Shown piece by piece: positions 30,301 through 40,584 of a stretch of 62,960 nucleotides of DNA. Every line of letters begins with the position of its first letter. Within the stretch, counting starts at the first letter, position 1. Under the pieces are notes generated by a model. That model was not told the DNA's origin. It saw only the letters and a program-made list of their open reading frames with translations, and ran no database searches. This DNA comes from Acidobacteriota bacterium (GTDB lineage Bacteria > Acidobacteriota > UBA890 > WLXD01): the NCBI GenBank assembly GCA_036012155.1, contig DASCOT010000052.1, positions 1 to 62,960 of the forward strand, in the 5' to 3' direction. Both the position numbers and the translations under genes were made by a program.

Positions 30301-32049
30301 ATGAGGACCTTTGTCCCGACCGCATTGTTGGCGTGTCTGCTTGTCCTCGCCGTTGGAGCAACTCCGATGGCAGCCCAGGGTGCTGCCCCGCCGCGAGCTT
30401 TCGTCGAGACAATCATCAGTCCGGCCGACGATGAGCTCGCGAAGCGCGTTGACGAGATCTTCGCGGCATGGGATTCGACGAGGTCGCCCGGCGTAGCACT
30501 CGGCGTCATCGATCACGGCAAGCTCGTATATGCACGTGGCTACGGCATGGCCAACCTCGAGCACGGTGTGCCGATCACCCCGACGACGGTGTTCCGCATC
30601 GGCTCGACCTCGAAGCAGTTCACCGCGGCATGCATCGCTATCCTCGCGCTCGAAGGCGAGATCTCGCTCGAGGACGATATCCGCGAGTACCTGCCCGAGA
30701 TGCCCGAGTACCCACGGCCGGTCACCGTAGAGCACCTGGTACACCATACGAGTGGGCTACGGGACTACCTGACGCTCGAATTCGCCGTGCGCGGCCTGCG
30801 CGCGGACGATTACTACACGCCGCAGGATAGCCTCGCGCTGCTCACCCAACAGCGTGAGCTCAACTTTCTGCCCGGGGACGAGCACCTTTATTCGAACTCG
30901 GGCTACTTGCTGATGGGCATGATCGTCGAGCGCGTCACCGGCCAGACATTGGCTGAATTCGCCCAACGGCGTATTTTCGAGCCGCTCGGCATGGACAACA
31001 GCCACTTCCACGACGACCACACGTTGCCGGTGCGCAATCGAGCCGACGGCTACGCAGCCACCGAAGACGGCTTCCGGGTTGCCAACACCACACTCGATCA
31101 CGTCGGTGATGGCGGAGTGTTCACCACCATCGAAGACCTGGTCTCGTGGGATCAGGCGTTCTACAGCAACACACTCGGTGCCGAGCTCATGAAGCTGATG
31201 CACCAGACCGGCAGCCTCACCGACGGGGAGCAGCTCGAATACGCCTTCGGGCTCTCGGTATCGGAGCGACGTGGGCTCCCGATGGTTCGGCATGCCGGCG
31301 GCTTCGTAGGCTTCCGGGCCGACATGGTGCGCTATCCGACCGAGGAGTTCTCGGTGATCTGTCTGGCCAACCTCGGATCGATCAATCCGTCGGGGTTGTG
31401 CGACGAGGTCGCCGACCTCTATCTGGCCGACCGGTTTGGCGACGATGCGTCGGCGACGATGGCGTCCGATACGGTCGACGGGCTCGTTCCGGTGACGCTG
31501 CCGTTGAGCGCCCTCCAGAGCAAGGCGGGGACCTGGCTTCACGAAGCATCAGGAATGCAACTGGAGACCGCCGTCCTGGAAGGTCGGCTGGAGCTCACCG
31601 CCGAGGTCCTCGGCGGCGCGATCTCGCTCACCCCGGTCGGTACCGCACGCTTTGTCGGCGACCTTGACGGGCAACGGCTATCAGCGACCTTCGCTCCGGA
31701 CGACGCCACCGCACAACGAGCGACGATTGCCATCCGGGGCGTCGCCAATCTCGATCTGATACGACTACCCGACCTGCCAGCGATGTCCGCGGCGGCGCGC
31801 GGCGCGTACTCGGGTCGCTACTGGAGCGACGAAGTAGAGGTTGCCTATGAGGTGACGGCCCGCGGGGACGGCGTATGGCTCCGCGTTGCCGGCCGGCCTG
31901 CGGAGATGATGCAGCGCCTGGGGCCCGACAAGTTCTCGGTGGCGTCCGGGACGGTGGAGTTTCTGCGCCAAGACGGTCTGGTGACGGAGTTCCGACTCAA
32001 TGCCGGGCGCGTCCGGATCCGTTTCATCAAGCAGCCTGACGCCGACTGA
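30301..32049 (+). CDS. Exported serine hydrolase (beta-lactamase class C / D-aminopeptidase family)
   Basis: GGAGG RBS, signal peptide, GSTSKQF (SxxK), HHTSGL, YSNSGY, HAGG; C-terminal beta domains. Confidence 0.92.
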   Translation: MRTFVPTALLACLLVLAVGATPMAAQGAAPPRAFVETIISPADDELAKRVDEIFAAWDSTRSPGVALGVIDHGKLVYARGYGMANLEHGVPITPTTVFRIGSTSKQFTAACIAILALEGEISLEDDIREYLPEMPEYPRPVTVEHLVHHTSGLRDYLTLEFAVRGLRADDYYTPQDSLALLTQQRELNFLPGDEHLYSNSGYLLMGMIVERVTGQTLAEFAQRRIFEPLGMDNSHFHDDHTLPVRNRADGYAATEDGFRVANTTLDHVGDGGVFTTIEDLVSWDQAFYSNTLGAELMKLMHQTGSLTDGEQLEYAFGLSVSERRGLPMVRHAGGFVGFRADMVRYPTEEFSVICLANLGSINPSGLCDEVADLYLADRFGDDASATMASDTVDGLVPVTLPLSALQSKAGTWLHEASGMQLETAVLEGRLELTAEVLGGAISLTPVGTARFVGDLDGQRLSATFAPDDATAQRATIAIRGVANLDLIRLPDLPAMSAAARGAYSGRYWSDEVEVAYEVTARGDGVWLRVAGRPAEMMQRLGPDKFSVASGTVEFLRQDGLVTEFRLNAGRVRIRFIKQPDAD

Positions 32050-32226
32050 TCCACCGCGGCCAGGAGCGTAGGCCATCGTACCGCCGGATCGGTCGGGTGC
32101 TCGCTTGATGGCCCTCCGGCCGGCGTGGCACCATCGGCCTTCGGCCGCGGCGCGGTGCAGCTCGCCCCGCGGCGCTAGATAGATCGATACGATTTCGGCG
32201 GTGGCCCACCGCCAGCAGCGTCTTGG

Positions 32227-32334
32227 GACGGCGCCGGGCCCTGTGCGGTGCAGCCTCGTGAACCGCGTCAGACCCGGAAGGGAGCAGCGCTAAGCGGAAG
32301 CCTGCAGGTGCCGCAGGATTACCCGGCGTTCGTC
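32227..32334 (+). ncRNA. ffs: Small SRP (4.5S) RNA
   Basis: TCAGACCCGGAAGGGAGCAGC helix-8 motif at 32268-32288, closing stem GCGCCGGG/CCCGGCGT, located upstream of dnaX. Confidence 0.92.
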
Positions 32335-32409
32335 TCGTTTGTCAGCCTCACAGAAGCCCGACGGCTTTGCGATATTTAACCGTAATCTACGTGATTTTCC
32401 GGTAGACAC

Positions 32410-34401
32410 ATGGCTCGTCAGAACTATCAAGTGCTCGCCCGCAGGTGGCGCCCCCAACAATTCGCGGATGTCGTCGGTCAGCAGGCGGTAGTCCGGACCC
32501 TGGCGAATGCGCTCGATCAGCAGCGCATCGCCCACGCCTACTGCTTCTCGGGGATCCGCGGCGTCGGCAAGACGACCATCGCGCGATTGCTCGCGCGAGG
32601 CCTCAACTGCCGCGCCGGCGACATGGCGACGTCGACGCCGTGCGGCGAGTGCGAGTCATGCCTGGAAGTCATGGGCAGCCGCGCACTCGACGTCTTCGAG
32701 CGCGACGCGGCTTCGGACCGCGGCATCAACGAGATGAAGGAGCTTATCGAGATCGCCCGCTACGCGCCGTCGCGCGATCGCTACAAAGTGATGATCCTCG
32801 ACGAGGCGCACATGCTCACCACCGAGGCATCCAACGCGTTGCTGAAGGTGCTGGAAGAGCCGCCGGAATACATCGTCTTCGTGCTCGCGACCACCGAGCC
32901 AAACAAGATCCTGCCGACGATTCTGTCGCGATGCCAGCACTATCAGTTTGCCCGCATCAGCCAGCGCGAGATCAGCGCCCATCTCGCCCGTATTGCCCAG
33001 GCAGAAGGGATCGACATCTCGAGCGACGGCCTGGCGCTGATTGCCGAGGCGGCCGACGGTAGCTTGCGCGATGCCCAGAGTCTGCTCGACAAGCTCATCG
33101 CATTTGCTGGCGACCACATCGAGGAGTCGACGGTCGTCGATCTGCTGGGGCTAGTCGACCGCATGTTGCTCTACCGCTCCACCGATCTGGTGGCTGCCGG
33201 CGACGTCGCGGGCGTGCTGGCGTTGGTCAACGAGATGGTCGAGCAGGGTGTCGACCTGCACCAGTTCGCCATCGATCTGCTGGGCCACTTTCGGAATCTG
33301 CTGGTGGTGCACAGCGTGGCGGATCCGGGCGCCATCCTGCATCTGCCGGCGGCCGACATCGATCGCCTACGGAAGCAGGCGGAGCAGTTCGAGGTTGACG
33401 ACCTCGATCGGGCGTTCTCATTGATCGCCAGCAACGAGTATCGGATCAAGGTCGCCGAGCAACCGCGCTACCACGTCGAGGTGGTGCTTTCGCGCCTCGC
33501 CCGCATGCCGAGCCTCGAACCTATTCGGAGTCTCATCGAGGCGGTGAGCTCCCCGTCAGGCGGCCGCGATGACAGCGGCCCTGGCGGCACCTCGACCGGC
33601 CGGGGAGCGGCGCGCGGCGCCACCGCCGCGTCCTCTCATACGGCGGCGCCCTCCCAAGAAACCAGACCACTGCCTACTGAAGCGCCACTCTCGGCCGCCC
33701 CGACAACGACCATCGTCGTCCCCACAAAGGCCCCAGCGCCACGGCCGCCTTCTGCACCCGGGCCAGCCCCCGCACCAGCGGCGGTCGCAGCGCCACCGCC
33801 AGAAGAGCAACCGCCGCCGCCGCCCGAGCCTGATGCACCGCCGACGAGCACCCATGACCTACCCGACACGCCTGTCGAACCCCTGCCGGTCGCGGCTACC
33901 GGCAATCACGCCGACCTACTCGGCGAGCTTCAACGGTTGCTCGAGGCCTCGCACCCGCTGGTTGCCCAGGTGCTGGGGCGCGCCAGTGGTATCGACCTCG
34001 ACGAGCATGCGGTGACCCTCCGTTTTCCGTCGAGCGCCGGCATCTTCGCGGAGCGCGTGCGCGACCCGCAGGTTCTCCCGGCGCTATCGGCAGCCTGTAG
34101 CACGGTGGCCGGAAGGCCCGTCAAAGCGCAGGTCGAGCTTGACGAGGGCGACCCGCGAGCCGCTGCGTCGGCCGCAGGCGATGCCGGCGGCGGAGCGACT
34201 GATGCCGGCGTCGGGGCGACTCCGGACGACCCAGCCAAGGCGCAAACGCCGGGCGCGCGTTCCGCGAACGGTGTCCGCCCGCCGACCGACGATGTGCAGG
34301 GCGCTTCCGGCGAGCTTCTAGAACGAGCCGAGAGCGAGCCGCTGGTGCAGGACCTTCTGCGCGAGCTCAAGGGCCAAGTGATCTCTGTAGAGGAGGGGTG
34401 A
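32410..34401 (+). CDS. dnaX: DNA polymerase III subunit gamma/tau
   Basis: LARRWRPQQF, GIRGVGKTT, Zn Cys cluster, DEAHML, SRC; Pro-rich linker. Confidence 0.97.
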   Translation: MARQNYQVLARRWRPQQFADVVGQQAVVRTLANALDQQRIAHAYCFSGIRGVGKTTIARLLARGLNCRAGDMATSTPCGECESCLEVMGSRALDVFERDAASDRGINEMKELIEIARYAPSRDRYKVMILDEAHMLTTEASNALLKVLEEPPEYIVFVLATTEPNKILPTILSRCQHYQFARISQREISAHLARIAQAEGIDISSDGLALIAEAADGSLRDAQSLLDKLIAFAGDHIEESTVVDLLGLVDRMLLYRSTDLVAAGDVAGVLALVNEMVEQGVDLHQFAIDLLGHFRNLLVVHSVADPGAILHLPAADIDRLRKQAEQFEVDDLDRAFSLIASNEYRIKVAEQPRYHVEVVLSRLARMPSLEPIRSLIEAVSSPSGGRDDSGPGGTSTGRGAARGATAASSHTAAPSQETRPLPTEAPLSAAPTTTIVVPTKAPAPRPPSAPGPAPAPAAVAAPPPEEQPPPPPEPDAPPTSTHDLPDTPVEPLPVAATGNHADLLGELQRLLEASHPLVAQVLGRASGIDLDEHAVTLRFPSSAGIFAERVRDPQVLPALSAACSTVAGRPVKAQVELDEGDPRAAASAAGDAGGGATDAGVGATPDDPAKAQTPGARSANGVRPPTDDVQGASGELLERAESEPLVQDLLRELKGQVISVEEG

Positions 34402-34405
34402 GTCG

Positions 34406-34717
34406 ATGGTGGATGTGAAGAAGATGATGCGCCAGGCGCAGCAAATGCAGGACAAGTTGCAGACTGAGCTCGAAGAAATGCGCGTTTCGGCCACGGTCGG
34501 GGGCGGCATGGTGACGGCAACTGTTAACGGCGCAAAGGCTCTTTTGGAGCTCAAGATCGAGCGCGATGTGGTCGATCCCGATGACGTGGAAATGCTGCAG
34601 GACCTCGTGGTGTCGGCAGTCGGGGAAGCGACGCGCCGCGCCGACGAGCAGGCGCAGCAGAAGATCGGCGGCATGATCCCGGGTGGCCTCGGTGCGCTCG
34701 GCGGAATGCTCGGCTAG
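34406..34717 (+). CDS. ybaB: YbaB/EbfC nucleoid-associated protein
   Basis: MMRQAQQMQ, GGGMVTATVNG, DVEMLQDLV; lies between dnaX and recR. Confidence 0.95.
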   Translation: MVDVKKMMRQAQQMQDKLQTELEEMRVSATVGGGMVTATVNGAKALLELKIERDVVDPDDVEMLQDLVVSAVGEATRRADEQAQQKIGGMIPGGLGALGGMLG

Positions 34718-34720
34718 CCC

Positions 34721-35323
34721 GTGAGCTATACGGATTCCGGTCCGGTGGCGGATCTCGTCGATCGGCTGCAGCGCCTGCCGACGATCGGACGAAAGACAGC
34801 CCAGCGGCTGGCGTTCTACTTACTCAAGGCACCGGCCTCCGAGACACAGGAGCTCGCCGACGCCCTGCTCGAGGTTCGCCGGAAGATCCGTCCCTGCAGC
34901 CGCTGCAACCTGTTGAGCGATGAGGACCCGTGCACATACTGCACCGATCCCAACCGCGACGACGGGCTGCTTTGCGTCGTCGAAGAGGGGCACGACCTCG
35001 CTGCGATAGAGCGCACCAGTCACTTTCGTGGCCGCTACCACGTTCTCGGCGGCTCGCTTTCGCCGCTCGATGGAATCGGGCCCGACGAGCTCCATCTCGG
35101 ACAACTGGAGCGCCGCGTACGCGACAACACGGTGCGTGAGGTGATCGTGGCGACCAACCCGACCGTCGAGGGGGAGGCAACGGCTGCATACCTGGCCAGG
35201 TTGCTGAAGCCTACCGGCGCGGTGGTAACGCGGATCGCCGCAGGGATCCCGGTGGGCGGCGATATCGAGTACGCCGACGAGGTCACGATGTCGCGCGCGC
35301 TGGAGGGACGCCGGGAGCTGTAA
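34721..35323 (+). CDS. recR: Recombination mediator RecR
   Basis: LPTIGRKTAQRLAF, C4 zinc finger, LSPLDGIGP, ATNPTVEGEATA, IEYADEVT. Confidence 0.97.
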   Translation: MSYTDSGPVADLVDRLQRLPTIGRKTAQRLAFYLLKAPASETQELADALLEVRRKIRPCSRCNLLSDEDPCTYCTDPNRDDGLLCVVEEGHDLAAIERTSHFRGRYHVLGGSLSPLDGIGPDELHLGQLERRVRDNTVREVIVATNPTVEGEATAAYLARLLKPTGAVVTRIAAGIPVGGDIEYADEVTMSRALEGRREL

Positions 35324-35459
35324 CCGCCGCGCCGAGTCACCAGCGTGAACCCGCAAAGTTGTTGTCGGCCGGTCGACAACGGTGGTACCTTTTCTGCGCC
35401 GGCGGCTTCGTACGAAGTGGCCGGCAGGAATGTTTCTCGGACGCTTTGGCGTCTCTTGT

Positions 35460-35532
35460 TCCTGAGTAGCTCAATTGGCAGAGCATCCGGCTGTTAACCG
35501 GAGGGTTGTAGGTTCAAGTCCTACCTCAGGAG
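35460..35532 (+). tRNA. tRNA-Asn(GTT)
   Basis: TCCTGAG/CTCAGGA stem, TCCGG-CTGTTAA-CCGGA anticodon arm, GGTTCAAGTCC. CCA is not encoded. Confidence 0.96.
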
Positions 35533-35573
35533 CTTTTCGAGTCACGTAGCTCGAACCAGCTACGGGTTTATTG

Positions 35574-35606
35574 AGGGCGCCCGGCCGGGTAGGCGGGGCG
35601 CCCTTT
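35574..35606 (+). terminator. Hairpin after tRNA-Asn
   Basis: AGGGCGCCC...GGGCGCCCT stem with a short T tail. Confidence 0.4.
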
Positions 35607-35647
35607 GCCATTGCTCCACCAGCGCGGCGCAACCTTAGGAGCGGGGA

Positions 35648-37405
35648 ATGAGCAGCTGTCGAGTGATTCGTGAGGCCCTCCGGAACGATCCGCGCACGGC
35701 GCCCGTCAGGGCGCGCTTCGCGGCGGCGCTGCTGTTGTCCCTGGCCCTGGGGGGCGGATCCAGCAGCGCTGCGGATACGTATCCCAAGAACCCGGGAATC
35801 GACGTTGCCGAGTATGTCTTCAGGCTGGAGCTCAACGACGGCAACGATTCGATCACCGGTCTGGCCACCGTCGACGTGCGCTTCCGTATCGCCGGCCTCA
35901 CGGCGGTCGAGCTCGATCTCATAGGGCCATCCGAGCCCGCGGCCGAGACCGGCATGTCGATCAACGGCGTGTGGGTAGCAGACGGGTTGAGCGAGGATGA
36001 GGCAATGGCCCCCTCGCTGGACGGATCGGCGCGCGGGTCCGCCGCACAGTTCAGTCACTCGAACGACCGCTTGCGTATTCTGCTTCCCCGGCCGTCCACG
36101 GTGGGTCAGCGAATACTCCTGACGGTCGCCTATGCCGGCGTACCTGCTACCGGCTTGATCATCGGCGAAAACAAACACGGCGACCGCACCTTCTTTTCCG
36201 ACAACTGGCCGGACAAGGCGCGCCACTGGCTGCCTACCGTGGATCATCCCTACGACAAGGCCATGAGCCAGTTGGTGGTAACCGCGCCCGGCCAGTATCA
36301 AGTCGTCTCCAACGGGTTGCTGGTCGAAGAGACCGACCTGGCTGACGGGAGCCGCCTGACCCATTGGCGCCAATCGGTTCCAATCGCTCCGTGGCTTTAC
36401 ATGCTCGGCGCGGCGCGCTTCGCAGTGCAACACCTCGGCAATCACACCGGTGTGCCGGTGCAGACCTGGGTGTACGCACAGGACCGCGACGCCGGGTTCT
36501 ACGACTTCGCTTACCCGACGCGCGAGGCGCTCGGTTTCTTCGCCGACGCGATCGGCCCCTACGCCTACGAGAAGCTAGCCAACATTCAATCCAACAGCGT
36601 CGGCGGTGGCATGGAGGCCGCTTCCGCGATCTTCTATGGCGACGATTCGGTGACCGGCACCCGCAGCATCCGGTGGCGCAACGTCATCATCCACGAGATC
36701 GCCCATCAGTGGTTCGGGAACGCGATCACCGAGTACGACTGGGACGATGTCTGGCTGAGCGAGGGGTTCGCTACCTACTTCACCTTGCTGTTCATCGAGC
36801 ATGCATACGGCCGCGATGCGTTTGTCGACGGCCTGCGCAGCGCCAGCGCCCGCGTATTGGCCTTCTACGACACCAACCCCGACTACCGCATCGTGCACGA
36901 CAATCTCGACGACATGTCGGCCGTCACCACCGGCATGCAGTATCAGAAGGGGGCATGGACGCTGCATATGTTGCGCGGCCTCGTGGGCACGGAGACGTTC
37001 TGGGAGGGCATCCGCCGGTACTACGCGAAGTACTTCAACGCCCATGCCTCGACCGACGGTTTCCGGGGCGTCATGGAGGAGGTATCCGGACAGGATCTGA
37101 AATGGTTCTTCGACCAGTGGCTCTATCGCGGCGGCGGCGGCATCGGGCTGGAGGGCTCCTGGCGTTACGACGCTGCTTCGCGCGCCGTCGTCCTGGACAT
37201 CCGGCAACCGAGCGATTACGTGTATCGAACGCCGCTCACGGTCGAGCTCCGCAACGGCGATGGGTCGCGCCATCGGCAGGTCGTCGAGCTACAGGCGGCC
37301 GCTCATCGCTTCTCGATCGACGCCGGCAGCGAACCGACGGCCGTCGTGCTCGACCCCGACACCTGGCTTCTGCTGCGCGGTGTCGTGGCCCGCAGCGACT
37401 CCTAA
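35648..37405 (+). CDS. Exported M1-family zinc aminopeptidase
   Basis: GGMEA (GAMEN variant), HEIAHQWFG..WLSEGFATY, YQKGAWTLHMLR. Confidence 0.93.
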   Translation: MSSCRVIREALRNDPRTAPVRARFAAALLLSLALGGGSSSAADTYPKNPGIDVAEYVFRLELNDGNDSITGLATVDVRFRIAGLTAVELDLIGPSEPAAETGMSINGVWVADGLSEDEAMAPSLDGSARGSAAQFSHSNDRLRILLPRPSTVGQRILLTVAYAGVPATGLIIGENKHGDRTFFSDNWPDKARHWLPTVDHPYDKAMSQLVVTAPGQYQVVSNGLLVEETDLADGSRLTHWRQSVPIAPWLYMLGAARFAVQHLGNHTGVPVQTWVYAQDRDAGFYDFAYPTREALGFFADAIGPYAYEKLANIQSNSVGGGMEAASAIFYGDDSVTGTRSIRWRNVIIHEIAHQWFGNAITEYDWDDVWLSEGFATYFTLLFIEHAYGRDAFVDGLRSASARVLAFYDTNPDYRIVHDNLDDMSAVTTGMQYQKGAWTLHMLRGLVGTETFWEGIRRYYAKYFNAHASTDGFRGVMEEVSGQDLKWFFDQWLYRGGGGIGLEGSWRYDAASRAVVLDIRQPSDYVYRTPLTVELRNGDGSRHRQVVELQAAAHRFSIDAGSEPTAVVLDPDTWLLLRGVVARSDS

Positions 37406-37414
37406 GCGAGACGA

Positions 37415-40180
37415 CTACTCGCGACGCAGAGCGCTGGCGGGAGCCAGGCGCGACGCGCCACGTGCCGGCAAGTAGCAGGCACCGAGCGCCACGGCGGTGA
37501 ATAGGACCGCGACCGCGCCGAAGACCACGGGGTCCGTCGGCGCGACACCGAACAGCAGTCCCGACATGAACTGCGACAGCGCCAGGGCGCCGAGCAGCCC
37601 GAGGGCCACACCGGTGGCTGCAAGCACCGCGGTCCGTCCCACCACGGCACGGACAACTGCCGTCGGAGACGCCCCGATCGCCATGCGGATACCGATCTCA
37701 CGGGTCCGTTGCGTCACGCCGTAGGACACGATGCCGTAGACACCCAGCGTCGCCAACACCAGCGCCACGACGGCGAACGCCCCAAGCAGCGTCAGCGCGA
37801 ATCGTAGCGGGGCAATCGACTCGCCGAGGTACTCGGACAAGGGCCGCACCCGCTGCAGGGGTTGGTCGGCATCGAGCTCATGAACGATGCCACGCACCGA
37901 CTCCACCAACGAGCGTGCATCGGCGTCGGTACGAATCGTCAACGCCATCGTCCGTTGCGGAGCCTGCGCGTGGGCTATGTACACCTGCTCGGATCCGAGG
38001 GTGCCTGGCTGGTGCCGCAAGTGCTCGACAACGCCCACCACCTCGGCCCACTCGCTGTAGCGCTCGCCCGCCAAGAACACCTCGACCTGCAGGCGTTGCC
38101 CCACCGCACTGGTCCCCGGCCACGCCTGCCGCGCCAAGATCTCGTCGATGACGACAACGCGCGCCGTGTCGAGGTCATCGGTCCGCGCTATCGTGCGACC
38201 TTCGACCAGCCGCGCCCCCATTGCCTCGAGCCACCCCGCGGTGACCGTACGATAGTCCGCCGCGATGCTGTTCCATTCCACGACTCCTGCCTCCGCCTCG
38301 TATGCATATGGAGCCAGCGAGTAGCGGCTGCCGTCCAAGGGCAGCTGCGTCGTCGCGCCGACCGCCCCGACAGCGGCGAGCTCGCCGACGCGAGAGACGA
38401 GCTGCCGGTAGAACTCCGCGATCTTTGCCGGTTCGGAATAGGGATAGTGGGCATCGACCAGCGATAGCTTCATGGTCAGTACGTCGGACGACTCGAAACC
38501 GGGATCGACCTGCGACAGCAACGCAAAGCTGCGCACCACCAACCCGGCACCCACGAGCAACATCAGTGAAAGAGCTATCTGTCCCATCACGAGGGCGCTG
38601 CGAACACGCTCGCTACCGGCACCCGTGAGGGCCCGGGCGCCCTCTTTCAAGACCGCTGCCCGACCGCGAGACCGCAGCTGCATCGCCATCGCGCTGCCGA
38701 ACACCAGCGAGGTGCCAATCGCAACCAAGCAGGTGAAAAGCAATACCGGCCCGTCGATGCCAACCGCCTCCAATCGTGGCAGGTCCGCCGGTGCCAACAA
38801 CGGCAATGTCCGGATCCCCCACCTGGCCAGCACCAACCCGAGCCCGGCGCCCGCGAACGTGATCACCGCGCTCTCCGTCACCAACTGTCGGAGCAGCCGC
38901 CAGCCACTTGCGCCCAGCGCACCGCGGATGGCGAGCTCACGCGACGCGTTCACCGAGCGCCCCAACATGAAGTTGGCGACGTTCGCGCAGGCGATCAACA
39001 GAACGAAGCCCACCGCGGCGAGCAGCAGCACCAACGTAGGGCGTACGTGCGCTACCAGATCATCGGCCAGCTGCTCGATTCGCAGGTCATATCCGGAGCC
39101 CGCATAGTCGTCGGCGTGGTCGCTACGGACCTGATCCGCGACGCCACGAAGCTCAGCGGTTGCGGCGGCCGCGCTCAGCTGCGGCTGCAGACGACCCACC
39201 ACAGTCATCACACGCCAGCGTCGCGGGTACTCGTCGTAGCTGCCGCCCCAGGTCATCCACGCGGCGACGCGCGGCGGCATATGGATGTCAGGTGGAAACA
39301 ACATGCGAAAATCGGCCGGCATCACGCCGACAACCGTTCGCGCCACCCCGTCGAATTCGATCGTTCGCCCGACGAGATCGGGATCTCCACCATAGCGGCG
39401 CTGCCACGTTTCATGTGCCAACAGGACGACCCGCGATCGATCCAGGTCCTCCTCGGGTCGCGGAAAGCGCCCCAGCAGCGGCTCCACACCGAGCGTCGGT
39501 AGTAGCCCCGCTGAAACGAACGCCACGTCGATGTCTTCCGGTTCGACACCGTCGTCGGTCAAGGCGGCGGGTCGATACCACATGGCTCCCAACGAGGCGA
39601 ACGCGTCGGCGTGATCGAGCAGGTCCTGAAACTCCGGCGGCGAGCTCGCCGGAACCGTCTCACCCTGTTCTTGCAGCTCCGTGTGAACAACAACGAGCTG
39701 GCCGGCCTCGGGGTACGGCAACGGCCGAACCAGCACGCTGTTCACAACACTGAAGATGGCGGTGTTGGCGCCGATACCGATAGCGAGTGTCAGCATTACG
39801 ACGAGCGCTGCCAGCGGACTTCGCGCCCACTGGCGAACGGCGACGCGCAGGTCTTGTGCCAAGCCTCGTCCCCATCCGCCCGGCGTCCGGCGTCCCGAGC
39901 CCAACCCGGCGTCGTCGCCGCCAGGTCGGCGGGCAAGTCCTAGATCGCCTCCCGGGCCGCCCTCGGCCTGCGTCGCGTTTCCGCCCAGCCGGGCGCGACC
40001 GAAATGCAACAGCACGCTAGCAACGCGGCGCGCATGACGGGCTGCGGCTCGCGCATACCCAAACGTGCGAGTTTCCCGCGCGCGAATCTCGTCCAGGTCG
40101 CCGACCAGCGATGCCGCGAAGCCATGCTGTGGCACGACCCGGAGCAGCAGCCGGCCCAGGACTCCTTGTGGCCTGCTCAC
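37415..40180 (-). CDS. ADOP-type duplicated MacB/FtsX ABC permease
   Basis: TLAIGIGANTAIFSVVNSVL, LLIACANVAN, RELAIRGALGA, QRTREIGIRMAIGA. No adjacent ATPase. Confidence 0.93.
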   Translation of the reverse strand: MSRPQGVLGRLLLRVVPQHGFAASLVGDLDEIRARETRTFGYARAAARHARRVASVLLHFGRARLGGNATQAEGGPGGDLGLARRPGGDDAGLGSGRRTPGGWGRGLAQDLRVAVRQWARSPLAALVVMLTLAIGIGANTAIFSVVNSVLVRPLPYPEAGQLVVVHTELQEQGETVPASSPPEFQDLLDHADAFASLGAMWYRPAALTDDGVEPEDIDVAFVSAGLLPTLGVEPLLGRFPRPEEDLDRSRVVLLAHETWQRRYGGDPDLVGRTIEFDGVARTVVGVMPADFRMLFPPDIHMPPRVAAWMTWGGSYDEYPRRWRVMTVVGRLQPQLSAAAATAELRGVADQVRSDHADDYAGSGYDLRIEQLADDLVAHVRPTLVLLLAAVGFVLLIACANVANFMLGRSVNASRELAIRGALGASGWRLLRQLVTESAVITFAGAGLGLVLARWGIRTLPLLAPADLPRLEAVGIDGPVLLFTCLVAIGTSLVFGSAMAMQLRSRGRAAVLKEGARALTGAGSERVRSALVMGQIALSLMLLVGAGLVVRSFALLSQVDPGFESSDVLTMKLSLVDAHYPYSEPAKIAEFYRQLVSRVGELAAVGAVGATTQLPLDGSRYSLAPYAYEAEAGVVEWNSIAADYRTVTAGWLEAMGARLVEGRTIARTDDLDTARVVVIDEILARQAWPGTSAVGQRLQVEVFLAGERYSEWAEVVGVVEHLRHQPGTLGSEQVYIAHAQAPQRTMALTIRTDADARSLVESVRGIVHELDADQPLQRVRPLSEYLGESIAPLRFALTLLGAFAVVALVLATLGVYGIVSYGVTQRTREIGIRMAIGASPTAVVRAVVGRTAVLAATGVALGLLGALALSQFMSGLLFGVAPTDPVVFGAVAVLFTAVALGACYLPARGASRLAPASALRRE

Positions 40181-40506
40181 GCCTCATCCAGGGCGTCGGC
40201 AACTGGCTCCCAAAGCGTCAGCAACGCCGTACGCGAACGCCGCAGCGCCGCGAACCCCGCGGCTGTTACTCGGAAGTAGCGCCGTGGCCGGCCGCCGCTA
40301 TCTTGCGACCCAGCAGCCTGGCGCCCCCCTACCCAGCCCTTGCTCTCGAGGCGCTGAAGTGTTGTGTAGAGCGCACCGGCGGACGGCTCGCGCCCGACCA
40401 GCTCGGTAAGCTGCGCACGAACCCGCCCGCCATAGGCCTCGTCGCCGAGTTGCAGGATCACTAGCAACAGCATGTGCTCGAATTCGCCCGGGTAGTCGAC
40501 ACCCAT
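40177..40506 (-). CDS. PadR-family transcriptional regulator
   Basis: GEFEHMLLL, AYG, GALYTTLQRLESKG, GGRPRRYFRVT; overlaps the permease start. Confidence 0.92.
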   Translation of the reverse strand: MGVDYPGEFEHMLLLVILQLGDEAYGGRVRAQLTELVGREPSAGALYTTLQRLESKGWVGGRQAAGSQDSGGRPRRYFRVTAAGFAALRRSRTALLTLWEPVADALDEA

Positions 40507-40584
40507 ATCAACCTCAACATTGTAGAGTCTGACTATGCGTCTACATTGTGTAGTCCATCCAGGCAACAGCCACCGAGGCGCTCC

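Noticed and set aside
33550-33900. dnaX programmed frameshift or repeat region
   Set aside because: No A-AAA-AAG or poly-A slippery site; it is an ordinary Pro/Ala-rich linker.
37415-40506. ABC permease with no ATPase
   Set aside because: PadR plus orphan duplicated permease is a known, abundant acidobacterial module and is useful here only as a taxonomic hint.
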